Origin: Amoebidium appalachense
Taxonomy: Eukaryota > Protista > Ichthyosporea
Direction: 5' to 3'
Length of the DNA stretch: 64,000 bases
Assembly (NCBI GenBank): GCA_963693365.1
Contig: CAVNZM010000004.1
Location: 13,129,088-13,193,087, forward strand
The position numbers and the translations under genes are program-made. The notes beneath the pieces were generated by a model. The model saw only the letters and a program-made list of their open reading frames with translations. It was not told the origin of the DNA and did not search any database. Within the stretch, counting starts at the first letter, position 1; every line of letters starts with the position of its first letter. This document shows positions 1 to 42,439 of this stretch, in pieces.

Positions 1-1443
1 GATCACGAGCGGTATCCCTACCACCTTCATTTTAGGCAAATGTCTTGTAACACGTCACCCCGTGCAGTTATTTTCAACGTATACTTCAAAGACAGCCGCA
101 ACGATCATCGGTTCTTGCCGATGTGCCGCAAGTTGGTTGTCCCCCGTCACAAGCCCAACAAAGGAGAAGGCCGGGGTGTCACGTCCTGTGTCAAGCCAGA
201 AACATTATTTGGATTCTCGTCAAACTCTCCCTGCCTGGCCCGGACGCAGAACAGCACAGAGTATGACTTGTCGGGTGGCACGAGTTTTCAACTTCGGTAC
301 ATCCTTCTGTTAGCGACCTTGTGGTTGGGCTCTTTGTGATGCTGGTGTCGAACATATATTAAGCTGATGTACAGTACGTACGGGAAGGCGACCAACTTGT
401 CTCGAGAAATTAACAGGTGAATTTAAAGTGGTTTAGCTCAGCTCAAAAAAAAAAACCCGCACGTACGCGTGCACACGGATGCGTGACCAGCACGGAAGCC
501 GCTAACAACTCGGCACTATTCTAGCCTAGCAAAACTGAACGTTTCTTTGCGTGCATCTCCTTGTTCCTGGCCTATGTGAGCATGAATTGATATCGTCTTG
601 GCAAACACTTATAAATACGCGTAGCCACCGCTGTGTAGCGATTACATCCGTGGGCCAAAGCGGTGCGCAGCTAAAAGTTTCTTATGAAAAGCTACACGGT
701 GCGCTACAAAGACTTCGAGACTGTTACAAGGGGTAATCACACTGATATGGCTGTTCGCACGTTGCAACGGTCGTTGTTCGTAAAATGTACATGTACTGTA
801 CCATCGTAGCACTCGGCACGAATAAATCCAGTCAAAAGGAAAAATATTTCACACACATTCCAGAGTTTTATGTAGGGAAACATTCGCGAATTTTTGGTGA
901 GCCCCGTTCAAGAAGCGCGAGATAAAAACAGCCAAAACCTGTCTCTGCAATCTACCAATAAAAAGTGATTTATATGCTTAATGTGCGGTTCAAAATTTGT
1001 TGGATTTCCAAAAAGGGGTTGTAGTAGGCCGTGTCTTCAAGAAAAGCAATCAATAAATAAAATAAAAAGATATATCAAACTCAATAAATGCGATTTATTG
1101 AGTTCTATCTTTGAGCTGCTTCTTGCATAATGATTGATTCGAAAGGAGTCTGCGAAAGCCCAGAGAATTGGATATTGATCTCCGGGAGATAGATGTATCG
1201 ATCTCTTTTTTAGTTGGCCATTAAAACATAAAATCATGCTACTTGGTAACATCGAATCAACAAAATGCATCAAATCATTGGTTGCATGTCATGTTGTTTA
1301 TTTACCACTAGTGACGGATTCTTTCGGCCAACAACAGAGTTTTTTGCTAAACAGCCTCATCAGTTCATCGTTCGATTTCGCGACGGATTATTGCCCCTTT
1401 ACTTTTTTTTTCCGTTTGTGTTTGTTAACGAAGAAAAATCATA

Positions 1444-3694
1444 ATGGCTGCCCGCGAGGACAACGTTTACCGCGCCAAGCTCGCTGAGCAGGCTGAGCGT
1501 TACGATGGTGTGTGGATGCAGACGTGATGCCGTTTTTTCCCCCTTTTGGTCCCTCCTTTCCCCCTAGTTCCTGCTAAGTTAGCGAAAGGAAATTTTCTAT
1601 GTTGTTAGGGCTTGCCTGCTCCATCTATGAGGCATCCATCATCCATCCGCGACGCGTATGACAGAGGGACGCAGTGGACCGACGCTGAGTGGCTTGAGCG
1701 ACCCCTGGGCCACAGTCGTCCGCCCTAGGGTTATGAAACGGAGAGAAGCATCAGCATAAATTCAATTCTCGGAGACCGATGTTGGCAAATTAATCTGTGC
1801 ATGGAAATCATTATGGGCAACCACTATATTTTCACAGTGCCGAGTGTACCCACGCGTGCCCTTTTTTTTCCTCCATACAACACATTATTCTTTGTTTGCT
1901 TCTCTGAGAGTCGCGAGCAGTTTAGGCAAAGTCGAGTCGGGGACCGGTTCAGTGAAAATCCCCTGACCTGATTTTTCCAAGGGGCTTCTTTTTTCCCGGT
2001 AACGCCAAACACTCGTAGGCTAGCAGGGTAAACAAACGGTATATAGCGGAACACTGACTGTTGTTGTTGCAGAGATGGTTAACGCCATGAAGGAGGTTGC
2101 CAAGCTCAACGTTGAGCTCACTGTTGAAGAGCGCAATCTTCTGTCTGTGGCATACAAGAACGTTATTGGTGCCCGTCGTGCCTCATGGCGCATCATCTCC
2201 AGCATTGAGCAGCGCGAGGAGAGCAAGGGCAACGAGAAGAAGGTTGCCATTATTAAGGAGTACAGGGTCAAGATTGAGGACGAGCTGAAGGGCATCTGTG
2301 CAGGTGGGTTTCCAAGCACCTTGCAAGTCTGTCAGCCTGCTGGGAAACACGTTCCACCCTACAGGCTCTTCCGTGTCTAGGGTAATTAGAGGTTCTGAAG
2401 CTCTTGGTGAGCACTTGTGGTTAGGAACGTGAACTGAGTGGACCATCTGTTGGTGGAGCGGATTTGTGTGTAAACTAGAAGCAAGGCCCTCTGGATAGGA
2501 ACCCAAGTCCTCTGGATAGGAACCCGGGTTTGTGTTTAATCTGGGTACATGGGCGTTTGCTGATCTGGGCACTCCTCCAGACATCATGGACGTTCTGGAC
2601 AACCACCTCATCCCCAACGCCGCCACTGGTGAGCCCAAGGTGTTCTACTACAAGATGAAGGGTGATTATCACCGGTACATGGCCGAATTTGCCACTGGTG
2701 AGACCAGGGACAAGGCCTCGGCTGCTTCCCACGATGCCTACAAGGCTGCCTCAGGTACGTTTTTTTTTTTTTTTTTTTGGCGAGGTGCTGCTCTTGAGCA
2801 GCGAGCAGTTGTTTCAGGTCACTCCATGCTGATGTTCAACCGCACAGCACTGATGTGGCTGTAGTGTAGTATACTAGTGTGGCAAGGCGGAGGAGAATCA
2901 TACGTCAAATTCATCTCGTGTTCTACCCTCCCATAAATTCCTCATGCACACATCTGGTTGCTCGATGGTTATGCTGATTGACGTCACTGTTGTGCTAGTC
3001 AATGCCAAGCAAAATAAATGGGAACTCATCATGGTTCATCCATATACAGACATCGCCGTCACTGAGCTGCCGCCCACACACCCTATCCGCCTGGGTCTTG
3101 CTCTGAACTTCAGCGTCTTCTACTATGAGATTATGAACGCACCAGACAAGGCATGCCATCTTGCTAAGCAGGCTTTCGATGATGCCATTGCTGAGCTTGA
3201 CACGTTGAGCGAGGAGAGCTACAAGGACTCGACCCTTATTATGCAGCTGCTCCGCGACAACCTCACTCTCTGGACTTCCGACACCCAAGGTGAGAATCCT
3301 GTGAACTCTTGGCAACATTCGTGCTGTCAGTACAGTCGTCTTTGTTGACCCGGTTTACTTGTGAATGTTTTTCGTACAATGCTTTTTCGAGTTCTTCGTA
3401 GAACCGGGTGATGCGGTCAGATTCCCCCGAATGTTATCTCCTCCTGTGCAGACTTTTTACTTTCGTATAATGTTTTCCTGAGGCAGTGCTCCTCCCGTCC
3501 CTTTCTTTCTTTGCTGTTTTTTCCTGTGGAGATTTTCAGGGGAGGTTGAAGGGATGGCAAATATTGTCCGACTGTGCTGCCGTCCGTTTCCACCTTAGGG
3601 TGTTTAGTGTGTGCAGTTTCTGACCATTCGTTTTTTTTTCTTCCCTGCAGCGCAATCGGAAGGCAAGGAGGAGGAGAAGAAGGAAGCAGAATAA
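1444..3694 (+). CDS. 14-3-3 protein, 5 exons (1444-1507, 2073-2303, 2581-2754, 3050-3289, 3651-3694)
   Basis: The spliced translation [24 protein letters not shown]...[20 protein letters not shown]...KMKGDYHRY...[20 protein letters not shown]...[22 protein letters not shown]...EEEKKEAE* carries the 14-3-3 signatures. All introns are GT-AG and phase-compatible. Confidence 0.97.
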
Positions 3695-6153
3695 GTGCGT
3701 CCACTTACTCTTAAGCCGTTTAGTATGGAGAGGAGACAGAGAGGCCTGTAGGCCTCATGTAAAGTCGTGCTCCCTGTGAAAGCTGATTGTAGGAAGGGAG
3801 ATTAAGTGTCTTTTTATCCGGGCTTGACTGCTGTGTGGTCTTGCCGCTCGTTCTGATAGAAAATTCATATCGTTTATTAGTGAACAATAAATAGCCTTAT
3901 AACGGGTTCATTTTATATGCTCGCAGTCGCTTGCAATAGTTCCTGTTGATGGTTGCAGCAACCATGTTGGCATATTCTATCAGCAGGTACACACACTCTT
4001 TTTTGCTTACTCAACAATCTTTTCTTTGCATCCAAGCTTAACCTTCTTTCTGTTGCCTGTACAAACACTACATACATGACTGGCGGGCATGCTTCATACC
4101 TGTGCAGCCATCCCTGGCCCCACCTGCTTGCAGAACAAGTTGCTCAAATGATCTTTCTTGCTGGGTATGCTGTGCTCTGGTGTGTGTGTGGTGTGGAGAA
4201 AGTTCACTGTGAAAACATAGGCTTGAGAGGCTTTCCAATATGGGTGTTACGCGGTCGTAGGAAACAAACACGACCACATCCCAGTATTAGACAGTTGCTT
4301 GGCTGTGTGCTTCTCTATTGCTGCAATGTCACACGTGTGGCCAGGAAAAAGTGCATTTGTACTGTGTGCACCCAAAATCGCAGCACTTCCCCTGCTTTAA
4401 CTCCACTCTGTGCTTCTGTGTGGCACATTTCCACTTGGGAACCCGCCCCATTTCTCACTTTCTATTTTAGTCTTCGTATGTGGTGATAAGTTTCCGGCAT
4501 TGTGGTGTGATGGAAATGGTAGCCTGACGGTGGTTGTGCACCACCGTGGCTTGGACAGCCTCCCTGAGCAAACATTCCCCGGCGTGCACATGTGACCGGT
4601 GTCGAGGTTGTTTTGATGCTCCTCTAAAGGTGCTTTTTGGGGTGCACTCGGATGCCGGGTGGCGTGCATATTTGGGTGTGGTGACTGTCACGATCGTCAC
4701 CTTGCACACAGGCAGGTGTGTATTCACTGGGGCACGTTGGCCCTAAAAGCTCTTGCCACACTGGGTCTGAGCACATCAGTAAGGTTGTGCGCATCGCGCT
4801 ATGACTATGAATGTACAAGTGCACAGTATTTCGAATCAACACGTACTGGCAGCCAGTGGGAGAAATGGACACGAGGCAGGGAGACTCAGACTCGCGGTGA
4901 CAGGGGAACACTTGCAGGACGCGGAGACATAGCAATCTTTGCACGCGTGCACGTGCATGTGCACAAACTGGCTGGTAACTTTGAGCTGACTCTTTCTATA
5001 TAGCTATTATGGCTGAGATTTAGCTAGCTATATATTTAGAACTTCGATCATAAGTTCCGGATCCAAGCAATCATACAAGGGCGTGAGTGCACACCGTTGC
5101 CAGACTCACATGTGCAATGCAGGCACGAGGTGCATTCTTTGCCCGTTAACCAATCATGATCAGCGTGCGTCCAGTCGTGCACCCTCACTGTGACTATGAT
5201 GTGATGCCTGCCATGCGCATGCCCTTAACCATGCTGAGCTCGAGTGCTCAGGGGATGCCGTGGATGACCATGATCGTTGATCATCGAAAACGAAAACCTG
5301 TGTGGCGACCCAGTGAGGCCAGGTTGAAGCATGCTGTGTACACATACACAAGCGCACAATCACAGCGGCCGACAGCGTGCACAGCAGCCGATGGCGTGCG
5401 CATGCACAGCTCGCTGCACACTTCTATGTACGTGCTATTGATTTGAAGGCAGCCTTAGAATGCGCTCCCTTCCTGCTCTTACATGCTCCAGCACATTGTT
5501 TATTATTTACAGCAGCCATGATCAGTTCACGGTCCACACACACCATATGCATTATATGCTGTACATACAAAACTGTTACAAACTCTGCGCCTGTATTGCG
5601 CACCTATAGCCAAGGTGTACAACAGTGCAGAGTCAATGAAAATGATAAATACTACCTCGTGCATCCACACACACATACTTCTTATCTATAAATAACGAAG
5701 TTCAATGATAATATACACTTAATATTAGTACTAAATGCATCCCAAAACCAAGTTCAAATATTGTGCACAGTTCATACACAAGCACACGACTACATCATCA
5801 CGGAATACGGAATAACATAGTAAATCATGTGTGTATCTGCATCCTTTCTTCAACAGTGGGGACATTCGGAAGTTTGTAAACCAGTATACGTAGGCATATC
5901 CGTGTGATCAAAAAAAGACCATATAGCAAGGGACGGAAGATAAGCCAAAAAGCAGCCGGCCCCATTCCACAACCTTCCCTCCTCCCCCGCCCTGGTCTCT
6001 TGCGCGTGCACTTTTGGAAACCACCAGAGTAACAAGTCGTGTTTAAGAGCATCCGGAGAGAAACTTGAAGCAACAAGCGATTATGTTCTTCTTGGGTTCA
6101 ATACCGGAGAGTCCAGCCTGAGGGTGGATATCTCACGAGAGTATATCTCCCGA

Positions 6154-23621
<17,468 letters not shown>

Positions 23622-24943
23622 CTTGGACAAGAAGTCGGCACACTTGCCCCAAATACCTACAGACTGCTAGGTTGATTTTTGCGAGATCTCGGATCTACCA
23701 GGAGTTGTCGCGCTGATGCATCTAAATCACGCGTTCAAACTTTACAGAACAGATTTTTTTGTGACAGTCTCGCCTATTGCGTGAATGCACCTTTGACCTT
23801 TTTGGGTTACCATGAATACAAGGTTGCACATACTTATGCGTACGGTAACGAAATTGTTCTTGTGTTGTAATTTCGATGTACGTTGAGGCTCTGTGAATCA
23901 CCGGTGTGACCAACCGCACTTACCCAACCAGTCCCCTGGAGACGGCAAGACAGATTACCAGGGGAATATTGTAATTGAATAAAATCTGAGTGCAGTAGCT
24001 TTATTTGGCTAAAATGGCAGAAATTAGGTAAAATACTTGTTTGGATTGGCTAAACATCAGGTATAACGGGTAAAATGTTGAAACAGACGAATCAGCTGTT
24101 TTTTACGTTTTCGAACTTCGCGAAATTTTGGCAAAAGTGGACTCGTCGGACCCCTGACACCAAACAACAAATGTTTGCACACCTACGTTTTGTTGTAGCA
24201 CACCTACGTTTTTAGGATTGAAACCAGGAAAGTTAGGTGATATATGTGCTCTTCTTCAATTATCCTCATTCAGGGTGTTAGTAAGCAGACGGAGGCGGCA
24301 CGGAATGCATGTTTGATGTTTGTTTGTTTTTTTTGCAGGGGAATATTTTTCCCTTTCAGTATCTGCCATCATTTCGTTGAGATCCCTTTGGATCTGGCAG
24401 CTGAGAGAACTTCGCTTTTTCTGTGGCATAGGTATTCGTGTACCACAAATCAGTTCTTAAACACCAGTTGAAAGACTAAGGCATACGGTAGACTTGACAG
24501 CTGGACTGAAACAAAAGTTGGTGTGGGTAAGTGCTGCAGATCTCGGTACTGCTTTTCCAGATGCCCAAAATTTTCTGTGCCTGACTCGTGGATTTTTTTT
24601 TTTGTGAAGTGGCTATAGGGATTAAAATACATCCCAAAGCTTACACACACATAGACACACACGAACAATTTGCTGTCTCACGCTGGCGGAAAGCTCGCAC
24701 ACAAAAACTGTCGCTGGCACCTGCACGTCGTATACGAATCCACGCACCGTGTACTCACAGAGAGAATGAAGCACACAGGCGCAGACAAATGCAAATGCGT
24801 GTACTGGTATTAAAGTCGGTTAGATGCGCTCCCTTCATGGGCTGGACTTCATAGTGAACGTTCTTTTACAGAGATCTGAATGCATGTTTACGTTGTACAG
24901 GCTCTGTCGGCAATCTTCTACACGGCATAGGCCGCAGGGGGAG
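23622..24943. promoter_or_regulatory. Divergent intergenic region between GOLGA5-like and WDFY-like genes
   Basis: Head-to-head starts about 1.3 kb apart; free of microsatellites; ATTGG (CCAAT) boxes near 24003 and 24045. Promoter function is inferred. Confidence 0.5.
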
Positions 24944-36664
<11,721 letters not shown>

Positions 36665-37434
36665 CTGATGTGGGGTGGTACGTATGTGCAATATTTAGGA
36701 CGCGATATCTGAAATTTAGGTCTTAGGTTTAGTCACTGGGAGTGGATATATGTTTTGGGTATTCTTGTTTTTTTTTCGAATGTGCCATGTGTTGTGACAT
36801 GCATGAATGAGCAAACTGGGTTGCATGGTGATGCTTCCGTGGTCATATCAGATTGATGCTGGGGTTTGTTCCGTTTAGGGTTGGGGCACCATGTTGTTCG
36901 GTGGTGCGAGGGGGACGGTGTATGTGCAGCAAGTTGTTTCAATATGCACTGTTTACAGATGGTTAGCGTACTCTTGTTGCCGTGCATGTGCATGTGTTGT
37001 ACAAAGATAAAGTGAAGGGGGGACACGCTCAAACATGGTAGGTGTAGTGTTCGCATTTTAAACTTATGTTCTTTCTTTGATGTTTCTGAATGGCTATGTG
37101 CAACCACATGAATTACCGGTTGCTTTTTGTTAGGCCTAGGTGCAAATCTTCCTGTGGATAGGGTGTATGTGTGTTTGCATGTATGTGGGCCAGGTGGGTG
37201 GCTGAGTGGGCGGGCGGGTGGGTGGGTGTGGGTGTGGGTGTGGATGTTTTCTTCTCCTTGTTCTTCCCTCTTCTTTTTACACTCTTTTTTATGCTTAATT
37301 TTTTTTTCCCCCTTTATTATTTGTTTTTCCAAGTTTTTAATAGTACTTTATTCTTGGTTTTTAATTCATTCATTCATTTATTTATCTATTTATTTATTTA
37401 TTTATTGGGAGGGGGCGGAGGAAGGGGGGGGTAA

Positions 37435-37499
<65 letters not shown>

Positions 37500-37816
37500 T
37501 GACCCATTGAATGTGAAGAAAGGTACATAGCCAGATGTGATTTGCAATGCTACAACATACCTACCATGCAATTTAGATAACGATGTTTTGGGATGAATGA
37601 ATGATGCCCACACGACGATCTTCAAAATAAAACAGCACCGTGTGCATGCCCTTCTTGCTTGCATGTGCAGTTATTATGGTGAAACAGCAACTGTGCCCAC
37701 ACATCCGGGCTACAAGATATGCCCCCAGTGGCACCACCAGTGCCACCCGCTTACACCGGTCACACCCACACACACACAGTGTCACCCACGCACATACATG
37801 TACAAAACGCGCGCAT

Positions 37817-37865
<49 letters not shown>

Positions 37866-38140
37866 GGGCAGCTACCATCACCACGGTAAGTAGCACACAC
37901 AAACACACATGTTGTGTTACCGAGGTGTGCGCTTGCGAATACACGTACGCGCGCACACACACAGTCACACGCACACGTGTACACACACGCATACACATAA
38001 ACCACCGCGAATAGCCTGACTCCTGCTCACAAACATGTGTGCTGCAAACGTATAGGAGATATTACTCGTTCCTCTTCCCTCCCCCCCCCCCAACCACCCA
38101 CCCACCCACTCCTACATGCACAAACACACACACACACACG

Positions 38141-38348
38141 TGTAGATTGAATCTTGACGTCCCGGCCTGATGAACATCACTTATGAGGACCGGATACAAC
38201 ACACACACACACACGTGTAGATTGAATCTTGACGTCCCGGCCTGATGAACATCACTTATGAGGACCGGATACAACACACACACACACACGTGTAGATTGA
38301 ATCTTGACGTCCCGGCCTGATGAACATCACTTATAAGGACAGGATACA
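38141..38348. repeat. Tandem repeat, 3 x 75 bp, each ~58 bp unique plus (CA)n
   Basis: Units TGTAGATTGAATCTTGACGTCCCGGCCTGATGAACATC... start at 38141, 38216 and 38291. Confidence 0.95.
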
Positions 38349-39107
38349 TTTTGGAGGCTGCAAAGAGCCAGGAGTAGTGGCCAAAATGGGGCCACCCGGT
38401 GACACCTAATTCCTATAAGTGCAATTATTCATTTGCCGACGGGTTAAATATAAACAGAAAGCAAGCAGGAAAAACAGATTAACGTTAATGGCTTGTGAGG
38501 CTTGATACCCTCCTAACAATGATTGTCAAGAAAACCAAATATATCTACAGCACAATTCGACTAGGTGACCTACGCATTATTAAGCATGTGTCGTGAATGA
38601 AACATGATCTTGAGAAGTGGGTGATAATAACGTATTGCATCTGGTGTCTGTACACACGTGTTTTTGCTTCTATGACAGCATTCATGCATATGTTACAAAG
38701 TGTGCGTGTGCCAACGTGTGCATGCAGGCGTCACGTGTAGTGTTCTCTATATGACGTGCCAGTCAAGTCCCTTAAATCACATATCTGCACCTTATTCCTA
38801 AGAGCCATATTACTGCTGCGGCTACACGGCCTACACCGGTTCGTGAGAAAGTATTTTCCTAGGCCCAACATCCTGCATTCTACAACAACAACAACAAAAA
38901 ACGGTCATTCATCCCATGAAAAAGCTTCGTGGTGCCTTACGGAAAGAACCTGTACAACGAAGAACAAGTGCCCCCCCCCCCCCCCCCCCCGTCCCCCTCA
39001 CTTTAAAAAGAGAAAAAAACGAAGGAAGAGAAAAAGGAGGGGAATGAGTGCCATTGAGTGGGGAGGGAGAACCCGGAAGAGATGACAAAGAAGACGCCAT
39101 GAAAAAA

Positions 39108-39289
39108 CTACTCTCTCTTCACGTGGTTGCTCTTTTGAGTCCCATTATACGCCCTCTGCAAATTACTTGCCGGTTTCAAGGCTGGGGGCTCTACTGCAAG
39201 TTGCCGGCCGATGTTGCCAAAACAGACCCCCCAGCAAACAGCATGCAGGGCAGCCATGACCGCACCCAGAAGAGGTCTGGCTGTGTGTA

Positions 39290-39334
<45 letters not shown>

Positions 39335-39387
39335 CGTGCGTGTGTGTGTGCGTGTGTGTGTGTGTGTGCGTGTGTGCGTGTGTGCGT

Positions 39388-39461
<74 letters not shown>

Positions 39462-39969
39462 GCGTGTGTCTGTCTGTCTGTGTGTGTGTGTGTGTGTGTT
39501 AGTGTGTGTGTGTATGTGTGTGTCATGTGGGTGTGTTGTGGGTGGGGGGGATTGGGTACACGTGGACAAGTGAGCGTGTGCGTATGTGCTGGCATGCTGG
39601 AAGCAGCACGTGTTTGAGTGTGTGTATTTTTTATTTTTTTTATTTTTTTTTGGGGGGGGGGAGCGGGTGAACGTTAGGAGGAGGATCTGAAGAGGATGCA
39701 TGTGTGTGCCATGCATGTGTGTACCACGTACGTGTGTGTCATGCACGAGTGTGTGTGTGGTGTATCAAGATCTGCGGAAAGGGCGTATGGTGGTCCATAT
39801 TGATCATTGGTGCCACTGACCATCAGGGTGTCTGCTTTCGTTGGAGGGGTGGGGGCATAGCCGGAGGAGAGGAAAAGAGGAATTGAATTGGGAAGAATCG
39901 GCAATGCACGAAGCAGATGGTGCACAGATCCTCTTCCGGACGGTGGGGGAGGGTGGGGCCGGAGGGGCC

Positions 39970-40024
<55 letters not shown>

Positions 40025-40534
40025 GGGCAGGCGGGACCAGAAGAGGGGCAGAAGGGAGAATAAGGCATGTTGTTGCTCCGTGCAACATCCCTCGGACAAA
40101 CAAGTCTAAAGGCAGGGGTTATGGCTCCCACATATTCACCAAGCCCCGTCCGTTCCATCCACAGCCACAATCCCCTACCCCCTCCACCCCCTCCCCCCCC
40201 CCCCCCCCCCCCCAGGAAAACATATGCAACCCCACAAACCCAAGAGCATAGCATTGACAACCACCCAACCTCGTAGGTCCACACCTACACACACATGTAA
40301 CCAGGTATCCACGCTCACCGCGCCCCCCCCCCCCCCCTCCCCCCCTCCCCCTCCAAAGCGCCAAAGTTTCCCCAACCTCCAACCCCGCTCCCTCCCCCAA
40401 CTTTCCCCCTACCACAGAAGGAATTCTCACCCAGTTATCTGCCCTTCAGCCTTCAAATGGGCACCAACTATCCCCCCCCCCCCCCCCCCCCAACACAAAA
40501 AAAAAAAAGAAAGAAAAAAAATCAACCCCCCCCC

Positions 40535-40565
<31 letters not shown>

Positions 40566-40681
40566 ACACACACAACACATCACCTCACCCAGCAGTTCCC
40601 CCGCCCTTGCCCCCTCCAACCAGCAACCAGCCCACACACACACACCATCACCACCTCTTCCACCCCCTCCACCCAGCAACG

Positions 40682-40723
<42 letters not shown>

Positions 40724-41062
40724 ATCCCCCTCCACCCAGCAACCCCCCCACCCCTCCCCCCACCAACCACCACCACACCCCCTCCACCCAGCCAAACCCC
40801 CCCCCCCCCCCCCCCCCTCCCCACCTTCCTACCTGAGCAGGTCCACATAGACTAGCAGCTGGCATGAGGCCGTAGCCACCACCGTAAACACTGAGGCCCC
40901 AGCAAGGCCCTGCCACGACCTGTCAAACAGCCACCACAGCGCCCCGGCCATAAGCCCCAACACCACTGCAAGCTCAACGTTGCTCATGCCCGGCAGTTTC
41001 TGGTGGTCGGTTAAGGATAGTTGCAAGAGGAGGGGAGAGGGGCAGGGAGGGACGGGGGAAGT

Positions 41063-41096
<34 letters not shown>

Positions 41097-41260
41097 TACA
41101 ATAGGGTGGTCAAGGAAGAATTTTCAAGAAAGAATGTAGGGGCATGCAAAATCTGGAAAAATCATAAATATCATGCAAGAGGTGTCGGGAATGAATGTCG
41201 TGTTTTGTGTTGGCTGGTTTGTTTGTTTGTGTGTGTGTGTATGTGTGTGTGTGGTTTGTT

Positions 41261-41341
<81 letters not shown>

Positions 41342-41342
41342 A

Positions 41343-41405
<63 letters not shown>

Positions 41406-42123
41406 CTGTGTGTGCCTGTGTGTGCCTGTGTGTGCCTGTGTGTGTGTGTGTGTGCGTGTGTGTGTGTCTCTGTGTGTGTGTGTGTGTGTGTTTGGGGGGG
41501 GGGGGGGGGGGGGAAGAACAGAGGGAAGGCGGGAGCGAGGGAGGCCTGCAGACAGGGAAGGAGAGAGTGATGGTTGACTATAAAGAAAGGGACGGTGGGA
41601 ATGAGGGCGGTGAGAGGGCTGCATGGGTGAGAGGGAGGGAGGGAGGGGGGGGGGGGGGGCTAGGTGGGTGAGTGAGTGAATGTGTGGGGAATAGGGGAAG
41701 GGGGTAGGGGGTGAGCTGGAGGGAGGGAGTGAGTACGTTATCCTACAATTGAGGGTTACAGCCTTTGCTTCCCTCTGTCAAGCAAAGTGCAAGGTCATTC
41801 TTGTGCAATCAACGAAGATAGTCGAAGGATACGGCGCTGGCATATGTGAGGCCAATAAACAGGCCAAAGCAGCGTATGACGCTGGACCACTCCCGCTTGA
41901 CCTGGTGCTTGACCCCCAGCCACTCATCCATAAGGGGAAACCCTATGCCAAGCAGCACAGAGGCAACCCCCGAAGCAGGCGGTAACCACCACACACAGTT
42001 CAGGATGGTGAAGGAGGAGGGAGGAACGGTGTATATGCGGTGCTGGCGAAAGAGGGTGGACAGCCATATTGAAACGGCAAACCCGAACACAAACAGAAGG
42101 TAGACACGCTGGTGGACGTGCAT
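39108..42123 (-). CDS. INSIG: Insulin-induced gene protein (INSIG); exons 41833-42123, 40833-40999, ~39108-39290 (exon 3 has an apparent 1-nt frameshift)
   Basis: WWLPPASGVASVLLG...KREWSSVIRCFGLFIGLTYASA|KL...LWWLFDRSWQG...|YTQPDLFWVRSWLPCMLFAGG//VCFGNIGRQLA matches INSIG family motifs. The start codon is uncertain. Confidence 0.92.
41000..41832 (-). other. U12-type GT-AG intron in INSIG
   Basis: 5' GTATCCTT at 41832; perfect branch TCCTTAAC (41017-41010) about 10 nt before CAG; no polypyrimidine tract. Confidence 0.92.
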
Positions 42124-42332
42124 GTTGGTGGGTGGAGGCTTTTCTCCTCGTGGCCCATTACAGGTTGTTGTGTGTGCTGGGTCTATGCTCCTTGCATGAC
42201 ACTCCTGCTCCTGTAAATTCTTCAAATTGAGACGTCCTTACTGTAGCAAGTTTCCAAAGAACCCAACAACTTGCCAATAACCCGCAACACTTACACAAGT
42301 TCAGTGTCAACCTTCCGGATGCCTGATGTCAG

Positions 42333-42439
42333 TGACGTCACATTATTTGACCAATCAAGGGCTCGGATCTTGAAGAGGAATGCGTGCGAGTTCAGTTGTT
42401 ACAGTTGCAATCATGAAGTCGTGTGTGTGATTCACGTGA
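42333..42439. promoter_or_regulatory. Candidate INSIG/RTK promoter motifs: CRE TGACGTCA (42333-42340), CCAAT (42351-42355), palindromic E-box TCACGTGA (42432-42439)
   Basis: Exact motif matches 200-320 nt upstream of the INSIG ATG; function inferred. Confidence 0.4.

Noticed and set aside
1-1400. Short ORFs upstream of 14-3-3
   Set aside because: No recognisable motifs, and stops occur in plausible frames; left unannotated.
38141-38348. Hammerhead/retrozyme or C/D snoRNA in the 75-bp unit (CTGATGA)
   Set aside because: No GAAA after a stem II, and no separate terminal D box with a closing stem.
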